Positions 47,506-48,312 of a stretch of 48,312 nt of DNA are shown here, in pieces. The notes below the pieces were generated by a model that had not been told where the DNA came from, did no database searches, and worked only from the letters and a program-made list of their open reading frames with translations. The DNA comes from Octopus bimaculoides. Its lineage: Eukaryota. The stretch covers positions 33,025,794-33,074,105 of the forward strand of contig NC_068989.1 in NCBI RefSeq assembly GCF_001194135.2, in the 5' to 3' direction. Position 1 is the stretch's first letter. Each line of letters begins with the position of its first letter. Made by a program: the position numbers and the translations under genes.

Positions 47506-48312
47506 TATGTCCGTCTGTATGTATGTATATATATATACAAACATATATATATATATATATATATAACCGGCTGAAACTGCAACAACGATCAGGAACTCAA
47601 CTGAGGATAGGAAGTTCCAAATGAACTGTCCTTGTTTTTTCCTGTCCTTTTTTGTATCATCTGACTGTCCAGATGTTTTGTTGTTGCCTGTTACGTTCTT
47701 GTTCCATTTTTTGTTTTCTTTTTTTCTATATACATATAGAGGTCTATGTACACTTTTGGTCTCCTGCATGTAAGTTCATATATATATCTAAATTCTAAAC
47801 GATTCTTTTACTCTTTCTTTCAGCCCCCTTCACACTTTCTTCATTCTTTCCACTTTTCTTTTTCTCACTCTCCCTCTCACACATTTCTTTGCCTCCCCAT
47901 CATTCTCACTTTCCCTCCTCTTTTACATCACTCTGTCCCTTTCCTTTCTTTTTCTCTCTTTCTTGTCCCTCCCTAATTCTTCAATCCCTCTGCCCCCTAC
48001 CTTTCTCCTCTCTTTTCACATGACCAGTATTCCACCAAGCCTGATCTTTCTTTCTTGGTTCGACTACCATCCGTGCAGCATCTCTTATATTCCTTCCCAT
48101 GACTTTCATTTCTTATGTTCTTGCCATAAGGCTTCACTTCCACACACGCCAGCTTAATTTAATTCGTCCTTAATCAAAAAACACCTGTTGTTAATGTCCT
48201 GTTGTTTGCATTTGTAATTGTGTACCATTTCTCTGTTTTTTTGTCCTTGTTTTCGTATACATTCATTTGCTTTCTTTCAAGGAGTCTAGTGCTCTCAGTT
48301 TAGATTTTCTTG

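Noticed and set aside
47595-47632. Hammerhead-like CTGAGGA motif in a probable repeat end
   Set aside because: No GAAA after a paired stem II in this copy, so it cannot be supported.
1816-47769. ORF-track proteins rich in YI/CV/HT repeats or X runs (e.g. 2356, 14656, 15979, 19435, 32307, 33205, 41322)
   Set aside because: Artefacts of (TA)n, (TG)n, (CA)n and (CATA)n microsatellites and assembly gaps.

Overview
AT-rich, microsatellite-laden animal genomic DNA with 9 assembly gaps. The SINE/RTE-LINE/Penelope repertoire looks like a coleoid cephalopod, probably Octopus (inference from remembered repeat families, not a search). One host gene is present on the + strand: five coding exons (10568-10690, 13080-13241, 23572-23697, 41246-41285, 44444-44549) with consistent splice phases 1/1/1/1/2. 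They encode the last fibronectin-III domain, the transmembrane helix and a short cytoplasmic tail of an L1CAM/neuroglian-family adhesion protein. The tail ends ...GQFNEEGSIIKD* and so lacks the ankyrin-binding FIGQY motif. The rest is mostly decayed mobile DNA: RTE-clade LINEs, several Penelope-like elements (PLEs; GIY-YIG), two Tc1 copies, one mariner, tRNA-derived SINEs and an RLE-type LINE tip. The main signal the ORF track misses is about 13 type-I hammerhead ribozyme (HHR) motifs from at least 5 PLE terminal-repeat families. Several have intact cores and lie on the sense strand of the host introns, two families have very long stem-II insertions, and one family sits directly behind a tRNA-derived Pol III promoter. 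HHRs in PLE repeats are a known class; the unusual architectures and any effect on the host are untested hypotheses.
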